This document shows, in pieces, positions 1 to 10,537 of a stretch of DNA of 64,000 bases. Made by a program: the position numbers and the translations under genes. Numbering within the stretch: the first letter of the stretch is position 1; each line of letters opens with the position of its first letter. This DNA comes from Chamaesiphon sp. (GTDB taxonomy: Bacteria; Cyanobacteriota; Cyanobacteriia; Cyanobacteriales; Chamaesiphonaceae), in the NCBI GenBank assembly GCA_965246715.1, contig CBDFFH010000051.1:160001-224000 (forward strand). The letters run 5' to 3'. The notes under the pieces were generated by a model. It searched no databases, had not been told where the DNA came from, and saw nothing but the letters and a program-made list of their open reading frames with translations.

Positions 1-111
1 ATGATTACCCGATCGAGAATCTGATGTTCTCGATTTGGTGAATCGTGTCAGAGTATAATCGATCGCGGTCTAGTAATCGTCAGCCCAATATAGCGCGGGA
101 TAGTAGATATC

Positions 112-1239
112 ATGAAATCGAGCAACATTAATAGTGGAATTGTCAGCATCATGTGTGCGACTAGCCTCGTGCTAGCCATCGCCATCCCTGCAGTGACAGT
201 CACACCACCGGCGAAAACTACCCCCGCGCCTAAAACTCCCCTCCCGACTGAGAAGAAACTAACCCCTACAGCTACTCCAGTACCTAAAGTCTCACCGCCG
301 ACAGCTACTCCGACTAACCCGACTACCGCTACACCCACACCGACAACTACTCAACCGCTGGTTATCGTCCCCACGCTGACACCAGTCACTTTCAAAGACT
401 TCACCAATCTCTACGGAAAATTATTAGAAGTCAAACTTACTCCCAATCAACAACGTAAAATACAGCAGCGGATAAGTAGGGAATGGATGACAAATCTCGG
501 ATTGCGAAACACTGTGACACAAACAATTGCGCTAGAACCACAAATTGTCAATGGTACGCCAGTAGAGCGCAGTCAACTTCAAGCTAGATTAGTCGGAAAT
601 CTCCGCCAACAGGTATTAGATGGCGACACCGATGCACTGTGGTTGGTGACATTCTACGATGCCTCATCCAAAAATTGGTTGGCACCCGGACAGCCACCAT
701 TAACACGGATGACGACCGACATCAGTGCGGATGCGCTGTGTTTTATGGTTAACGAAGTCATGGGTAAATCGTTAGCTACACCCGATCCCAAACTCAAAAA
801 TGCGATCGCGACTAAACTCACCGCTGAATACGCCAAAATCCCAGTAACTACCAAACAAGAACTCTCGCAATTGCCAACAAATTGGTTGAAATTTAAGGAT
901 AGTCAATGGTTCCGCAGAGGTGATGATTTCCGCGAACAAATGCGCGTTCATTGGGGTCAAAATCTCGAAGCTTATATTCCCGAACTGCGTGAAATTAGTA
1001 AACTCAGACGCGATCGAATGGCGAAGATCAAAGCAGATCCGACAATTAAATGGGGCAGTCTTAATCCAATCCAACGCCAAGCAGCAATCCAAAAAACTGA
1101 AATAGATTTTCAGAATAGCCTCCGCACGATCCCCCAAGTAAAAACATTACCATTAACCGATCGGGTTGCAGCAATGCAGGTAGCTAGTGCTATTGGGAAT
1201 TCACCCATGAGCTACTCACTCAGGTTAAAAGTAAAATAG
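112..1239 (+). CDS. Hypothetical secreted protein with Pro/Thr-rich N-terminal linker
   Basis: 375-aa ORF; hydrophobic N-terminal segment, then PT-rich low-complexity region, then a helical-looking domain. Confidence 0.75.
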   Translation: MKSSNINSGIVSIMCATSLVLAIAIPAVTVTPPAKTTPAPKTPLPTEKKLTPTATPVPKVSPPTATPTNPTTATPTPTTTQPLVIVPTLTPVTFKDFTNLYGKLLEVKLTPNQQRKIQQRISREWMTNLGLRNTVTQTIALEPQIVNGTPVERSQLQARLVGNLRQQVLDGDTDALWLVTFYDASSKNWLAPGQPPLTRMTTDISADALCFMVNEVMGKSLATPDPKLKNAIATKLTAEYAKIPVTTKQELSQLPTNWLKFKDSQWFRRGDDFREQMRVHWGQNLEAYIPELREISKLRRDRMAKIKADPTIKWGSLNPIQRQAAIQKTEIDFQNSLRTIPQVKTLPLTDRVAAMQVASAIGNSPMSYSLRLKVK

Positions 1240-1258
1240 CGGTAGTCTTTGGTACGAG

Positions 1259-1366
1259 TAAGTAGGTAGGTGAAATTATTTATAAAATAGATTATGCCTG
1301 AAAACTAGCTGGTGGGCAGTGCCCACCCTACGCGATATCTTATATTTAATTACGCCCATCTACTTA
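1259..1366. mobile_element. MITE-like element with TAAGTAGG...CTACTTA ends carrying a REP-like palindrome
   Basis: Imperfect TIRs TAAGTAGGTAGGTGAAATTA / TAATTACGCCCATCTACTTA; internal GGTGGGCAGTGCCCACC; same ends at 4325-4500. Confidence 0.7.
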
Positions 1367-1470
1367 TTCGTAAGATTGCATTAGCTTCAACCTTGATATG
1401 GACAGTTCCCACCCGCCAAACTTAGATATTCCTGAGACATTTTAGATTCGATCGTTTTATAACCTTTGCT

Positions 1471-1866
1471 ATGCGCCTTTATCGTCCAGTTGGTTTCCAG
1501 GAACTAGAGCTAATTATAAATAGCGGTTTTTCAGCTTTTCCACCCAGACTATCCTTTCAACCAATTTTTTATCCCGTCCTCAATCTAGATTATGCAATTC
1601 AAATCGCCCGAGATTGGAATACTAACGATCCAACTTCAGAATTTGCTGGCTTTGTAACTGAATTTGATGTTGACGATCTATATATCTTGCAATATCCGAT
1701 TCAAGTTGTTGGTAACAGCCACATCCATCAAGAGCTATGGATCCCTGCGGAAAACTTAGCCGAATTCAACCGACATATTATCGATAAGATCCAGGTAGTA
1801 GCTGCTTATTATGGCGATCGATTTACCGCTCCGATCGATCCCAAGACTAACTTACCCATGATGTAG
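1471..1866 (+). CDS. Conserved hypothetical protein (family often labelled ADP-ribosylation/crystallin J1)
   Basis: LYRPVG..EL, FPPRL..QPIFYPVLN, QIARDWN and ELWIPAE motifs. Confidence 0.7.
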   Translation: MRLYRPVGFQELELIINSGFSAFPPRLSFQPIFYPVLNLDYAIQIARDWNTNDPTSEFAGFVTEFDVDDLYILQYPIQVVGNSHIHQELWIPAENLAEFNRHIIDKIQVVAAYYGDRFTAPIDPKTNLPMM

Positions 1867-1930
1867 CAAGAAACCATAGTCGATCGGCCATTCGGTAATT
1901 CATAACTTATAACTTATAATTCATAATTTA

Positions 1931-2908
1931 ATGCGTATTCTTGTAACTGGTGCTAGTGGTTGTGTCGGACATTATGTGAGCGAAACCCTAATTCAAAATA
2001 CCGACCACGAACTGTTTTTATTCGTTCGCAATCCAGCGAAGTTAACAGTAGATATCACCGCCCGTCCCGGCATTCATGTCGTCCAGGTGGATATGCAGGA
2101 GATCGAACAGCAAGCTGAATTACTCAAAACAATCGATGTCGCAGTCCTGACTGCGGCTGGCTGGGGCGGACAGGAAGCCTTTGATATTAACTATACAAAA
2201 ACTCACATCTTACTAGACTTGCTCGATCCGCAAGTATGCCAGCAAACGATTTATTTCTCGACTGAAAGCGTACTCGATCGCGAGAACCAATTACTACCAG
2301 AAGCAGGTAAAATCGGTACGGACTATATCATGTCCAAATATCAATGCTTAGATAAATTAACGCGAGCAGCACATGCACCCGATGGAGCTGGGAGTATTGC
2401 CGCAAAAATTACCACAGTCTTCCCGACACTAGTCTTGGGTGGCGATGGCAACAAGCCTTACTCCTACCTCTCTGCTGACTTACCAAATGTTGCTAAATAC
2501 GTTGGATTGTTGCAGTGGTTTAGCGCGGATGGTAGTTTTCACTTTATTCATGCCAAAGATATCGCCGAAGTCGTCAGACATCTGATCGCCCATCCGGAAA
2601 TTGCCGATAAATTCGATCGACGGATCGTGTTAGGAAATAAATCTGTTACTGCCAATGAAGGAATTCGGGAAATCTGTGCCTACTTCGGTAAAAAAAGCCC
2701 GTTTCAAATTCCGTTGTCGATCTCGCTGGCAAACTTCTTCATTAAAGTATTTAAGATTCAAATGGCCGAATGGGATCGGTTTTGTCTCAATTATCGACAT
2801 TTTACTCACGTCAATATCGTTAGTCCGGCAACATTTGGACTGCCGACCTATGCTCCAACCATTACAGATATCTTCCGCACGCGGGGGATTGTCAGCCCAA
2901 AAAATTAA
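1931..2908 (+). CDS. NAD(P)-dependent epimerase/dehydratase family protein
   Basis: ILVTGASGCVG Rossmann motif; YxxxK (YIMSK). Confidence 0.9.
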   Translation: MRILVTGASGCVGHYVSETLIQNTDHELFLFVRNPAKLTVDITARPGIHVVQVDMQEIEQQAELLKTIDVAVLTAAGWGGQEAFDINYTKTHILLDLLDPQVCQQTIYFSTESVLDRENQLLPEAGKIGTDYIMSKYQCLDKLTRAAHAPDGAGSIAAKITTVFPTLVLGGDGNKPYSYLSADLPNVAKYVGLLQWFSADGSFHFIHAKDIAEVVRHLIAHPEIADKFDRRIVLGNKSVTANEGIREICAYFGKKSPFQIPLSISLANFFIKVFKIQMAEWDRFCLNYRHFTHVNIVSPATFGLPTYAPTITDIFRTRGIVSPKN

Positions 2909-2911
2909 GCG

Positions 2912-4327
2912 ATGAAAGTTGCCTACATCTTCGGATTCCCCTTACTCGTATTAACATTAGTGCAGCGATCGATCGCCTTACCGTTTCGCGAGATTGCCAA
3001 AATTGCCGAGCCTGTCACCGTACTGATTAATAATAGTAATGCCAGTCAAGGATCGGGAGTAATTATCAAGCATGAAGGAAAGCAATATACCGTGCTAACT
3101 GCGGCACATGTGTTATGTGGCAAAGATTATTATAACGGCTGTAATCGCAGTACGAGTTATACGATCGCTACTACCGATAGACAATATTCAGGCAATATTA
3201 GTAATATCAAACTATTACCAGAAAGATTAGATTTAGCATTAATTAAGTTTAATAGCGATCGCACTTACCCAGTCGCAAAAATAGGTGACTCTAACCAATT
3301 AGCAATTGGGATGTCTGCTTATGTTGCTGGATTTCCAGTACCAACAACCGCAATTGAAAAATCAATTTTCATCACCCATGAAGGTAGAATTGTTGCCGTA
3401 GCAAGTGGCAACCGTCGCATCAATAAAAATGGTTATGGCACCATTTATAATACAACTACTTTGCCAGGGATGAGCGGTGGTGGGGTATTTAACGATCGCG
3501 GCGAACTAATTGCTATTCATGGACAAGGAGATCGCGATCCGGAGACTGGGAGTAAAACTGGGAATAATCTCGGCATCCCAATCGAGAGTTTTGTTCGCTT
3601 AGCTAGTAAAGTCGGGATCGACACTACTAATTCTACCGTCGCAATTGCCGCACCGAAGACAGCCGATGATTACGTAATTACTGGGGTTGGTAAATATTAT
3701 GATGGCAATAAACAAGGAAGTATAGCCGATTTTAGTAAAGCGATTCAACTCGATACTAAGTCAGCACTCGCATTTTATCAACGTGGATCTATTCGCAGCA
3801 GTCTGGGTTTAAAACAAGCAGCACTTACCGATCTTACTCGCGCGATCGAGCTACAGCCAAATTATACCAAAGCTTACTATCGGAGAGGGCTAGTCAGAGC
3901 GGAATTAGACGATCTCAATGGTGCCTTAAGCGATTTCGATCGAGCGATTCGGCTCAATCCTGACTATCTTCAGGCTTATCTCGAACGCGGGCTGATTCGC
4001 GATAAGTTGGGGAATTTTACTGGGGCAATCTCTGATTACACGGTAGCGATTAAACTCGATACCAAACAGGCACATCTTTATTATTGGCGCGGATTGGCTC
4101 ACTATAGTTTAGGAAATAAAAAAGCAGCGCTCGGGGATTACGATCGGGCAATTCAACTCAATCGGAATTATGCAATCTGTTATTATCAACGCGGGATCGC
4201 CCGTTCTGAGCTTCAGGATAAGCAGGGAGCTACGAGCGATCTTCGCCAAGCCGCCAGGATATTTCAGATGCTGGGAAATACGGCTTTTTACCAAGAAGTT
4301 ACTAGTTTATTAGAACGAATGCAGTAA
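2912..4327 (+). CDS. Trypsin-like serine protease with C-terminal TPR repeats
   Basis: LTAAHV, DLAL and GMSGGG catalytic motifs; TPR repeats (AYY.RG..R..LG). Confidence 0.9.
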   Translation: MKVAYIFGFPLLVLTLVQRSIALPFREIAKIAEPVTVLINNSNASQGSGVIIKHEGKQYTVLTAAHVLCGKDYYNGCNRSTSYTIATTDRQYSGNISNIKLLPERLDLALIKFNSDRTYPVAKIGDSNQLAIGMSAYVAGFPVPTTAIEKSIFITHEGRIVAVASGNRRINKNGYGTIYNTTTLPGMSGGGVFNDRGELIAIHGQGDRDPETGSKTGNNLGIPIESFVRLASKVGIDTTNSTVAIAAPKTADDYVITGVGKYYDGNKQGSIADFSKAIQLDTKSALAFYQRGSIRSSLGLKQAALTDLTRAIELQPNYTKAYYRRGLVRAELDDLNGALSDFDRAIRLNPDYLQAYLERGLIRDKLGNFTGAISDYTVAIKLDTKQAHLYYWRGLAHYSLGNKKAALGDYDRAIQLNRNYAICYYQRGIARSELQDKQGATSDLRQAARIFQMLGNTAFYQEVTSLLERMQ

Positions 4328-4500
4328 GTAGGTATGTGGAATTAAATGTGAGATGCCAGCCTTTTGCCCTCACCCCCCAGCCCCTCTCTCAAGTTTGGGA
4401 GAGGGGAGCCAATCTTAGCCCCTTCTCCCAGTATTGGGAGAAGGGGGTTGGGGATGAGGGCGATTTCATCATTGTCAGTTTAATTACGCCCACCTACTTA
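4325..4500. mobile_element. MITE-like element (same ends as 1259-1366) carrying CCCCTCTC/GGGAGAGGGG palindromic cargo
   Basis: TAAGTAGGTATGTGGAATTAAA / TTTAATTACGCCCACCTACTTA; first TAA is the stop codon of the protease gene. Confidence 0.75.
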
Positions 4501-4551
4501 ACAGCAGCAAAAGCATCACTAAAAATCGATCGCCAGTATATCCGATGGATA

Positions 4552-4770
4552 CTAGTTGTGCGAAGCAAGATAGGGTGGCAGTTTATAGTTGGCTCGATTC
4601 TGTTGCTTTTGCCGAGTGAGTGCTACTTTTTGGAGGCGTGTTCGTTCTTGAACGGGATGTAACTGCGGTAGATGGCGCGTATTCAGTGCTTTGGCAAATT
4701 CTCTATTCGATCGATCGATGGCTGCAAGATGTGGGTCGAGAGTACAGATGATGTGGCGGAGGAGATTCAT
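4552..4770 (-). CDS. Small hypothetical protein
   Basis: 72-aa ATG ORF in otherwise unexplained space; no motif recognised. Confidence 0.4.
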   Translation of the reverse strand: MNLLRHIICTLDPHLAAIDRSNREFAKALNTRHLPQLHPVQERTRLQKVALTRQKQQNRANYKLPPYLASHN

Positions 4771-4956
4771 AGCTGGATAATTTTTTAAATACTTCTACTA
4801 GACGTGACTGCTGCGATCTGAGGCTCTGGGACTATTGCATGAAACGGAGCGGGATAAATATCGAGCATGTAAGTACTAATGTATCACAAGATGGCAATAG
4901 TTTGAGCTAAAATCGTCACCAAAATCGCCCCAGCATTATTCAGGCTAGGATACTCC

Positions 4957-5077
4957 CAATACTTCTCGGTTAATCTAAAAACTAGTTAGTCCGCGTATGC
5001 AGGCTGTTGCCGCTCGCGGCAACAACCGGACTTGGCTTCAACTTCAGTCGCTAGCAGTTCTTAACCGAGAAGTATTG
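4957..5077. mobile_element. MITE with 17-bp perfect TIR and 10-bp target-site duplication
   Basis: CAATACTTCTCGGTTAA / TTAACCGAGAAGTATTG flanked by AGGATACTCC at 4947-4956 and 5078-5087. Confidence 0.9.
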
Positions 5078-5179
5078 AGGATACTCCACCATTCGGGACA
5101 ATCTATCGTAGTTGTTCTTCGATCGATTGGCATTCGCGCTGGTTAGCTGGAATCTCCGTGGGAATCGGGCGTTACTTAA

Positions 5180-5319
5180 TAGACCTGTTGCGGAATAAAC
5201 CCTGAAAATCCTTCAACCTGGCTCAGGGCAAGTCTTTAAGCGTTTTCAACGCTAAGATGCTCAAACTTAATCTGTGCAAGGGTTTGAGCGATTCTAAATA
5301 CTATTTCGCAACAGGTCTA
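5180..5319. mobile_element. MITE with TA-bounded TIRs (IS630-like geometry)
   Basis: TAGACCTGTTGCGGAATA / TATTTCGCAACAGGTCTA; right end coincides with the stop of ORF 5317-5694. Confidence 0.8.
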
Positions 5320-5694
5320 ATGTTTTACATCTGGCTTTGGAGAAGATTTTAGCTTGTTTTTAGGAGTGACAGAGAATTCATAATTGAGAAATTCGCCTTG
5401 AACTTCTTTCTTTCCAGATACAAATTCTTTGACTCGATCGAGATTTTCGGTAGTAAATGGATTGCCGATCGTCAGGTGAATGACATTTTTAAAATTGCTG
5501 TTCCCGGCTTGCTCCTGGCCGATTCTGGAAGTAATTTCGATCGCGACCGCTTGATGCTCGTTGCCACTCCAGGCAAACTTTACCCTCGTACATACAGCAA
5601 TCGCCGTGAGAATCAGGAACATCCAGATATAAGTATTAGAATTGTCAACAGGTGGTTTGACAACCTTCGGCTTCTCGGCAGGTTTGGTGGACAT
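5317..5694 (-). CDS. Hypothetical single-pass membrane protein
   Basis: 125-aa ORF with one hydrophobic segment (YIWMFLILTAIAVC). Confidence 0.6.
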   Translation of the reverse strand: MSTKPAEKPKVVKPPVDNSNTYIWMFLILTAIAVCTRVKFAWSGNEHQAVAIEITSRIGQEQAGNSNFKNVIHLTIGNPFTTENLDRVKEFVSGKKEVQGEFLNYEFSVTPKNKLKSSPKPDVKH

Positions 5695-5818
5695 CAGAAG
5701 AAACTAATGAGATGACGGGGTAGTAGCATTTTTATTCCAGGCGTGGCACCAATCGATCGAGATCGATCCACAGCGCCTAGTTGCTGAATATATTACTATG
5801 ATTCCCGCGCTCGATCGC

Positions 5819-7315
5819 CTATTTCCAATCGGTTGCTTGTTGGTGGATGGTGGCTAGTTCTGTGGGGGAAATTTTGTCGAGATTTTTGAGGATGAGTCCC
5901 ATTCTGCCTTGAGATTGCAATTTTTCTTGATGTCTGGCGAGAAAATCCCAGTAGAAATAATTGAACGGACAAGCATTCTCGCCAATGCGTTCTTTTGGAT
6001 TGTACTGGCAACTAGCGCAGTAGTCGCTCATCTTGTTAATGTAATTCGCTGAGGCGGCATAGGGTTTTGAGGCGAGGATCCCACCATCGGCAAAGACACC
6101 CATCCCCAAGACATTAGTTTGCATCACCCAATCATAGGCATCGATAAAGGCGGCATGAAACCAGTTTTCGATCGCTTGGGGATTCAATCCCGCGATTAGG
6201 GCGAAGTTACTCAAAATCATCAATCTTTGGATGTGGTGAGCGTAGCCGATCTCTTCTACTTGGGTGAGAGTTTGGTGCAAGCAGTTCATTTTTGCTGTGC
6301 TTGCATCCCAAAAAAATGCCGGTAAAGGTCGATCGTGTCCGAACCAATTAAGTTGAAAATAGTCATCATCGACGCGCTGATAGATGCCATGCATGTATTC
6401 ACGCCAGCCAAGAATTTGGCGAATCAATCCCTCAACGCTATTGAGATCCAAGTCGCGATTGTGATACGCGGTTTCGACACGCTGAATTACTTCTAAGGGA
6501 GTTAATAATCCGATATTTAAATATGGCGATATTAAGGCATGCCACATCGTGGTTTGTCCCGTTATCATCGCATCTTGATATGGCCCAAAGGTAGGAAGTC
6601 GGCGATCGATAAAGTCATCCAGTACTTGTAGTGCTTCGGCTCTAGTTACGCCCCAGTCGAAAGATTCAAGTTTGCCATAAGTGGGAATATCTAAATTTTG
6701 CACTTTGGCGATTACTTCACTAGTAATTTCATCTGGGGTAAATTTTAGGGGCGCTGGTGGATTTAATTTACCTTTGGGTGGTTGGCGGTTTTCTTTATCG
6801 AGATTCCACTTACCACCGATCGGTTGTGCTCCATTCATCAAAATATTGAATTTCTGTCTGCCAGCTCGATAGAAATACTCCATTACTAGCCCTTTACGGC
6901 TCTGTGTCCAGTCTTCAAATTCTGTGATACTCCAGAGAAAATGATTGTCAGCAATTAGTTCGATCGAGCAAGGTAAATCGAGCGCGGCAATTAGTTTACC
7001 AAATGTTCGCTCTGCTGGCTTAACAACCCGCAATTCGGTGATATTTTGCTCCTTTATCCAGACCGATAAAGCGGTATGAAAATCATCAGCGATCGCATAT
7101 TTCACCTGCCAGCCAGCTTGCTCTAATTCAGCAGCAAAATGGCGCATCGCCGACCAAACTAAGACTAACTTCTGTTTGTGATACAGCCGATCGCGAACGT
7201 GTTTTAATGACTCGATCATAATTATCGGTGTCTGAGCTTTTAGCTCCTGACGACTCTGCAATGCTGCTTGATTGAGATTTAATCGATCGCCCAGAATCCA
7301 AATACCGATTGTCAT
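5819..7315 (-). CDS. Cryptochrome/photolyase family, FeS-BCP (PhrB/CryB-type)
   Basis: HKQKL..V.SAMRHF, GGKWNLD..NR, YAHHIQRLM, ASKPYAASANYINKMSDYC..C, ACPF; four conserved Cys. Confidence 0.9.
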   Translation of the reverse strand: MTIGIWILGDRLNLNQAALQSRQELKAQTPIIMIESLKHVRDRLYHKQKLVLVWSAMRHFAAELEQAGWQVKYAIADDFHTALSVWIKEQNITELRVVKPAERTFGKLIAALDLPCSIELIADNHFLWSITEFEDWTQSRKGLVMEYFYRAGRQKFNILMNGAQPIGGKWNLDKENRQPPKGKLNPPAPLKFTPDEITSEVIAKVQNLDIPTYGKLESFDWGVTRAEALQVLDDFIDRRLPTFGPYQDAMITGQTTMWHALISPYLNIGLLTPLEVIQRVETAYHNRDLDLNSVEGLIRQILGWREYMHGIYQRVDDDYFQLNWFGHDRPLPAFFWDASTAKMNCLHQTLTQVEEIGYAHHIQRLMILSNFALIAGLNPQAIENWFHAAFIDAYDWVMQTNVLGMGVFADGGILASKPYAASANYINKMSDYCASCQYNPKERIGENACPFNYFYWDFLARHQEKLQSQGRMGLILKNLDKISPTELATIHQQATDWK

Positions 7316-7551
7316 AAAAGATGAATCTTCAAATCTTAATTGTATCTAACTCGATCTCGTCAATTTCATGCTACTAGCGATCGAGATAAGTTTTGCTTAA
7401 AAATCATCGGTAGATATCGATAGTTACTTGCATAAATCTACTCGTAAGAATTTTAAATTAATGCTAGCAAGTAGTGAATGGAAGACCTCGATATTTTTAA
7501 GTCTACAATAAATTACTTTAATCCGGGGTAGGGCGTGCTAAAACGACCGCA

Positions 7552-8481
7552 TTAGCGGGGAATCAGATCGGCACTATAGCGATCGATAATTTCTCGTCCT
7601 TCAGCGATCGCAAAATCTAAGAAAGTCTGCGCCGCTACCGATAGCTGTTTGCCAGAGGGATAAATCACATACCAATGACGCTGAATCGGGAAGCCTTCGA
7701 CATCAAGAATAGTCAGTAGTCCATCGCTATCTTCTAGCGCGAGAGCGTGTTGTGAGAGGACAGAAATACCCAATTCACCAGCGATCGCTTGTTTGATCGC
7801 CTCGTTGCTACTCAGTTCGACGATCGTTTTTACGGCAACGCGATTTTCAGCTAAAAATTGCTCGACGACTAAGCGCGTTCCCGAACCGGCTTCGCGAAAA
7901 ATAAAGGGTTCGAGGGCGAGTTGTTTGAGCGGAATATGTTTCTCCTTGGCTAGTGGGTGATTGGATGAAGCGACTACCACCAGAGGATTTTCGAGGATCG
8001 GGCGCAGTTGGATGTCCAAGTCTTTTGGCGGTCTGCCAGTGAAATAGAGATCGTCTTGATTATGAGCTAATCTCGCCAGTACGCCTTCTTGATTGGTGAT
8101 TTGGAGATTTAATTCGATGTCGGGATGTTTGCGGTGAAAGGTGCCAAGTAGACGTGGGACGAAGTACTTAGCCGTGGTGCTGGCAACGAGATTGATGCGT
8201 CCTTGTTTGAGTCCTTTGAGTTCGTCGATGACAATCTCTAATTGAGCGAAGCGTTCGGAGATCGTCGAGCTGGCGGAGAGAACTTCTTTGCCGGCGGCGG
8301 TGAGGTGTACTTGTTTGCCGAGTTGCTCGAATAATGGCATCCCGATCGTTGATGTGAGCCGCTTGATCTGTTGGGAAATTGTGGGTTGAGTCAGATCGAG
8401 TTCTTCGGCAGCACGGGTAAAACTACCGTGTTTGGCGATCGCTTCGAGGATCTGGAGTTGGTGTAGCGTCGCTTGTTTCAT
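7552..8481 (-). CDS. cmpR: CbbR-type LysR regulator, probably CmpR
   Basis: MKQATLHQL...GSFTRAAEEL HTH; divergent from cmpABCD. Confidence 0.75.
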   Translation of the reverse strand: MKQATLHQLQILEAIAKHGSFTRAAEELDLTQPTISQQIKRLTSTIGMPLFEQLGKQVHLTAAGKEVLSASSTISERFAQLEIVIDELKGLKQGRINLVASTTAKYFVPRLLGTFHRKHPDIELNLQITNQEGVLARLAHNQDDLYFTGRPPKDLDIQLRPILENPLVVVASSNHPLAKEKHIPLKQLALEPFIFREAGSGTRLVVEQFLAENRVAVKTIVELSSNEAIKQAIAGELGISVLSQHALALEDSDGLLTILDVEGFPIQRHWYVIYPSGKQLSVAAQTFLDFAIAEGREIIDRYSADLIPR

Positions 8482-8510
8482 AGCTGTTATCTGGCTCAGT
8501 CAGACTTACG

Positions 8511-8525
8511 ATAGATATTTATTAT
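8511..8525. promoter_or_regulatory. Candidate LysR box upstream of cmpR (possible autoregulation)
   Basis: ATAG-N7-TTAT, one mismatch to ATAG-N7-CTAT. Confidence 0.4.
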
Positions 8526-8749
8526 CATCTTAGCTTAGGTTTTGCGACAAGTACTAATGGATGGATACAGTGCGATCGATTAGACAAATCGACAAAATCT
8601 ATGAGTAAGATAAGAAATTTAGGCTTTTCTCTATGCACTTTTAGCTGTATTATCGAAATATCGACTTCAGGAGCAACAATCTTAGCAAATTTGCTGGTGG
8701 GAATCGCGATCTAGCGATCCCAATCGTATCGACAATAATTTTAATTTTG

Positions 8750-8764
8750 ATAGATTTTGTCTAT
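8750..8764. promoter_or_regulatory. Candidate CmpR/CbbR-type binding site upstream of cmpA
   Basis: Perfect ATAG-N7-CTAT palindrome (T-N11-A). Confidence 0.6.
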
Positions 8765-8899
8765 GACATTTTAAATGCCAACTATAAATAAATTGATAGT
8801 TGTATGCCAATTTCATAGAGCATATCGATAATTAATCCCCCGAATTACTGACCATCATCCATCGCAATCGATCGTTATCACATCCCAGGAACAGACATC

Positions 8900-10249
8900 A
8901 TGACACGATTTTCTCGTCGGCACTTCCTCGTAACCACAAGTATTTTAGCCACCGCGCCACTGCTCAAAAGTTGCTTGGGCAATCCACCCGCCCCAACATC
9001 GCAATCGGCGGGAACTAATCCCACCACTGCTCCCGTCAAATCGGTAGTCAAACCTGGAGAGGAACCAGAAGTAACAACGGCAAAAATCGGCTATCTGCCG
9101 ATCGTTGAAGCTGCACCGCTGATCGTGGCATTTACCAAAGGCTTCTTTGCCAAGCATGGGATGCCCGATCTCAAAATCGAGAAACAAGCCAACTGGGGTT
9201 CGGCACGAGACAATATCAAAATCGGCTCGGCTGGTGGCGGATTGGATGGCAGTCAGTGGCAGATGCCGATGCCTTATCTAATTTCCGAGGGGATTATTAC
9301 CGACAAAGCCAAGGTGCCGATGTATATCCTCTGCCAGCTAAATACCCAGGGTAATGCGATCGCCCTTGCATCCAAGCACAAAGGGAAGGATTTAGGTGTG
9401 AATCTAACTGGTAAAGGTGCCAGCTACTTTAAAGAGATTGCAGCTAGTGGCAAGAAATTCAAAGCGGCGTATACTTTCCCCAAAGCTAACCAGGAATTTT
9501 GGATTCGGTATTGGTTAGCCGCAGGTGGCATCAATCCAGAAACGGATGTGGATTTACTGACTGTACCGACTGCTCAAACTGTCGCCGATATGAAAAGAGG
9601 GGCGATGGATGCCTTTAGTACTGGCGATCCCTGGCCGAATCGGATTGTCTCTGAGGGATTTGGTTTCACTCCTGTCTTGACAGGCGAAATTTGGAAAGCA
9701 CATCCAGAGGAGTATTTGGGAATGCGAAAAGAGTGGGTAGACAGACACCCCCTCGCCACCCAAGCAATTCTCAAAGGGATTATGGAAGCGCAACAGTGGT
9801 GCGATAACTTTGACAACCGCAAGGAGTTAGCTACCATTCTGTCCGCACGGGAATACTTCGGGGTGCCAGAAGCCGTATTATTAGGGCCGTTGATGGGTAA
9901 ATACGATCTGGGCGAGCGCAAGGTTGATGATAAATCGCTAGCTGTGCTCTATTGGAAAGACTCAAGGGGAAGTGTTTCTTATCCCTACAAGAGCCATGAT
10001 TTATGGTTCCTGACTGAGAGCGTGCGCTGGGGCTTTTTACCCAAGGAGACGCTAGCTAATGCGAAAACACTAATCGATGGAGTCAATCGCGAGGATCTGT
10101 GGAAAAAGGCGGCTCAATCCCTGGGTGTCTCTGCGGCGGATATTCCGACGAGTACTTCGCGGGGGGTGGAAAAGTTCTTCGATGGAATCGAGTTCAATCC
10201 AGACAATCCGCAGGCTTATTTGGATAGTTTGAAGATTAAAAAAGTTTAA
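8900..10249 (+). CDS. cmpA: Bicarbonate ABC transporter substrate-binding lipoprotein
   Basis: Tat-lipoprotein signal (SRRHFL...KSC); GYLPIVEAAPL and WQMPMP are CmpA-type rather than NrtA-type; no nir/nar genes nearby. Confidence 0.88.
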   Translation: MTRFSRRHFLVTTSILATAPLLKSCLGNPPAPTSQSAGTNPTTAPVKSVVKPGEEPEVTTAKIGYLPIVEAAPLIVAFTKGFFAKHGMPDLKIEKQANWGSARDNIKIGSAGGGLDGSQWQMPMPYLISEGIITDKAKVPMYILCQLNTQGNAIALASKHKGKDLGVNLTGKGASYFKEIAASGKKFKAAYTFPKANQEFWIRYWLAAGGINPETDVDLLTVPTAQTVADMKRGAMDAFSTGDPWPNRIVSEGFGFTPVLTGEIWKAHPEEYLGMRKEWVDRHPLATQAILKGIMEAQQWCDNFDNRKELATILSAREYFGVPEAVLLGPLMGKYDLGERKVDDKSLAVLYWKDSRGSVSYPYKSHDLWFLTESVRWGFLPKETLANAKTLIDGVNREDLWKKAAQSLGVSAADIPTSTSRGVEKFFDGIEFNPDNPQAYLDSLKIKKV

Positions 10250-10255
10250 TCTGGA

Positions 10256-10438
10256 ACCCACCCCGCCATACGGGTACCCCTGTCTTTAAAAGGTGCTCTA
10301 CTTGCAGAGTTGGGTCGGATGGGTTCCCCGTTATTGATGCCCACGGCAATATCCGTGACCCATACCCAAGCAGGGGAAACCTCAAGATCTAATGGTCGGC
10401 TAGCCGACCAAATGCACTTTTCGCTCCGAGGAGGGGAA
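10256..10438 (-). repeat. Composite nested palindromic repeat: host repeat, GCG...AAGACA element and inner hairpins
   Basis: Host ACCCACCCCGCC...CCCC|TCCGAGGAGGGGA interrupted by 10281-10424. Confidence 0.8.
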
Positions 10439-10537
10439 TTTAGCCACCTGCGCTCTAAGGATGGCAGTTAAGAGTCTTAAGTCTTAGTCCCCTTTTTTAA
10501 GAAACCCAACACACTTAACAATTAAGGATAAAAAATC

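Noticed and set aside
4336..4662. 108-aa ORF
   Set aside because: It is largely a translation of the MITE and palindromic repeat.
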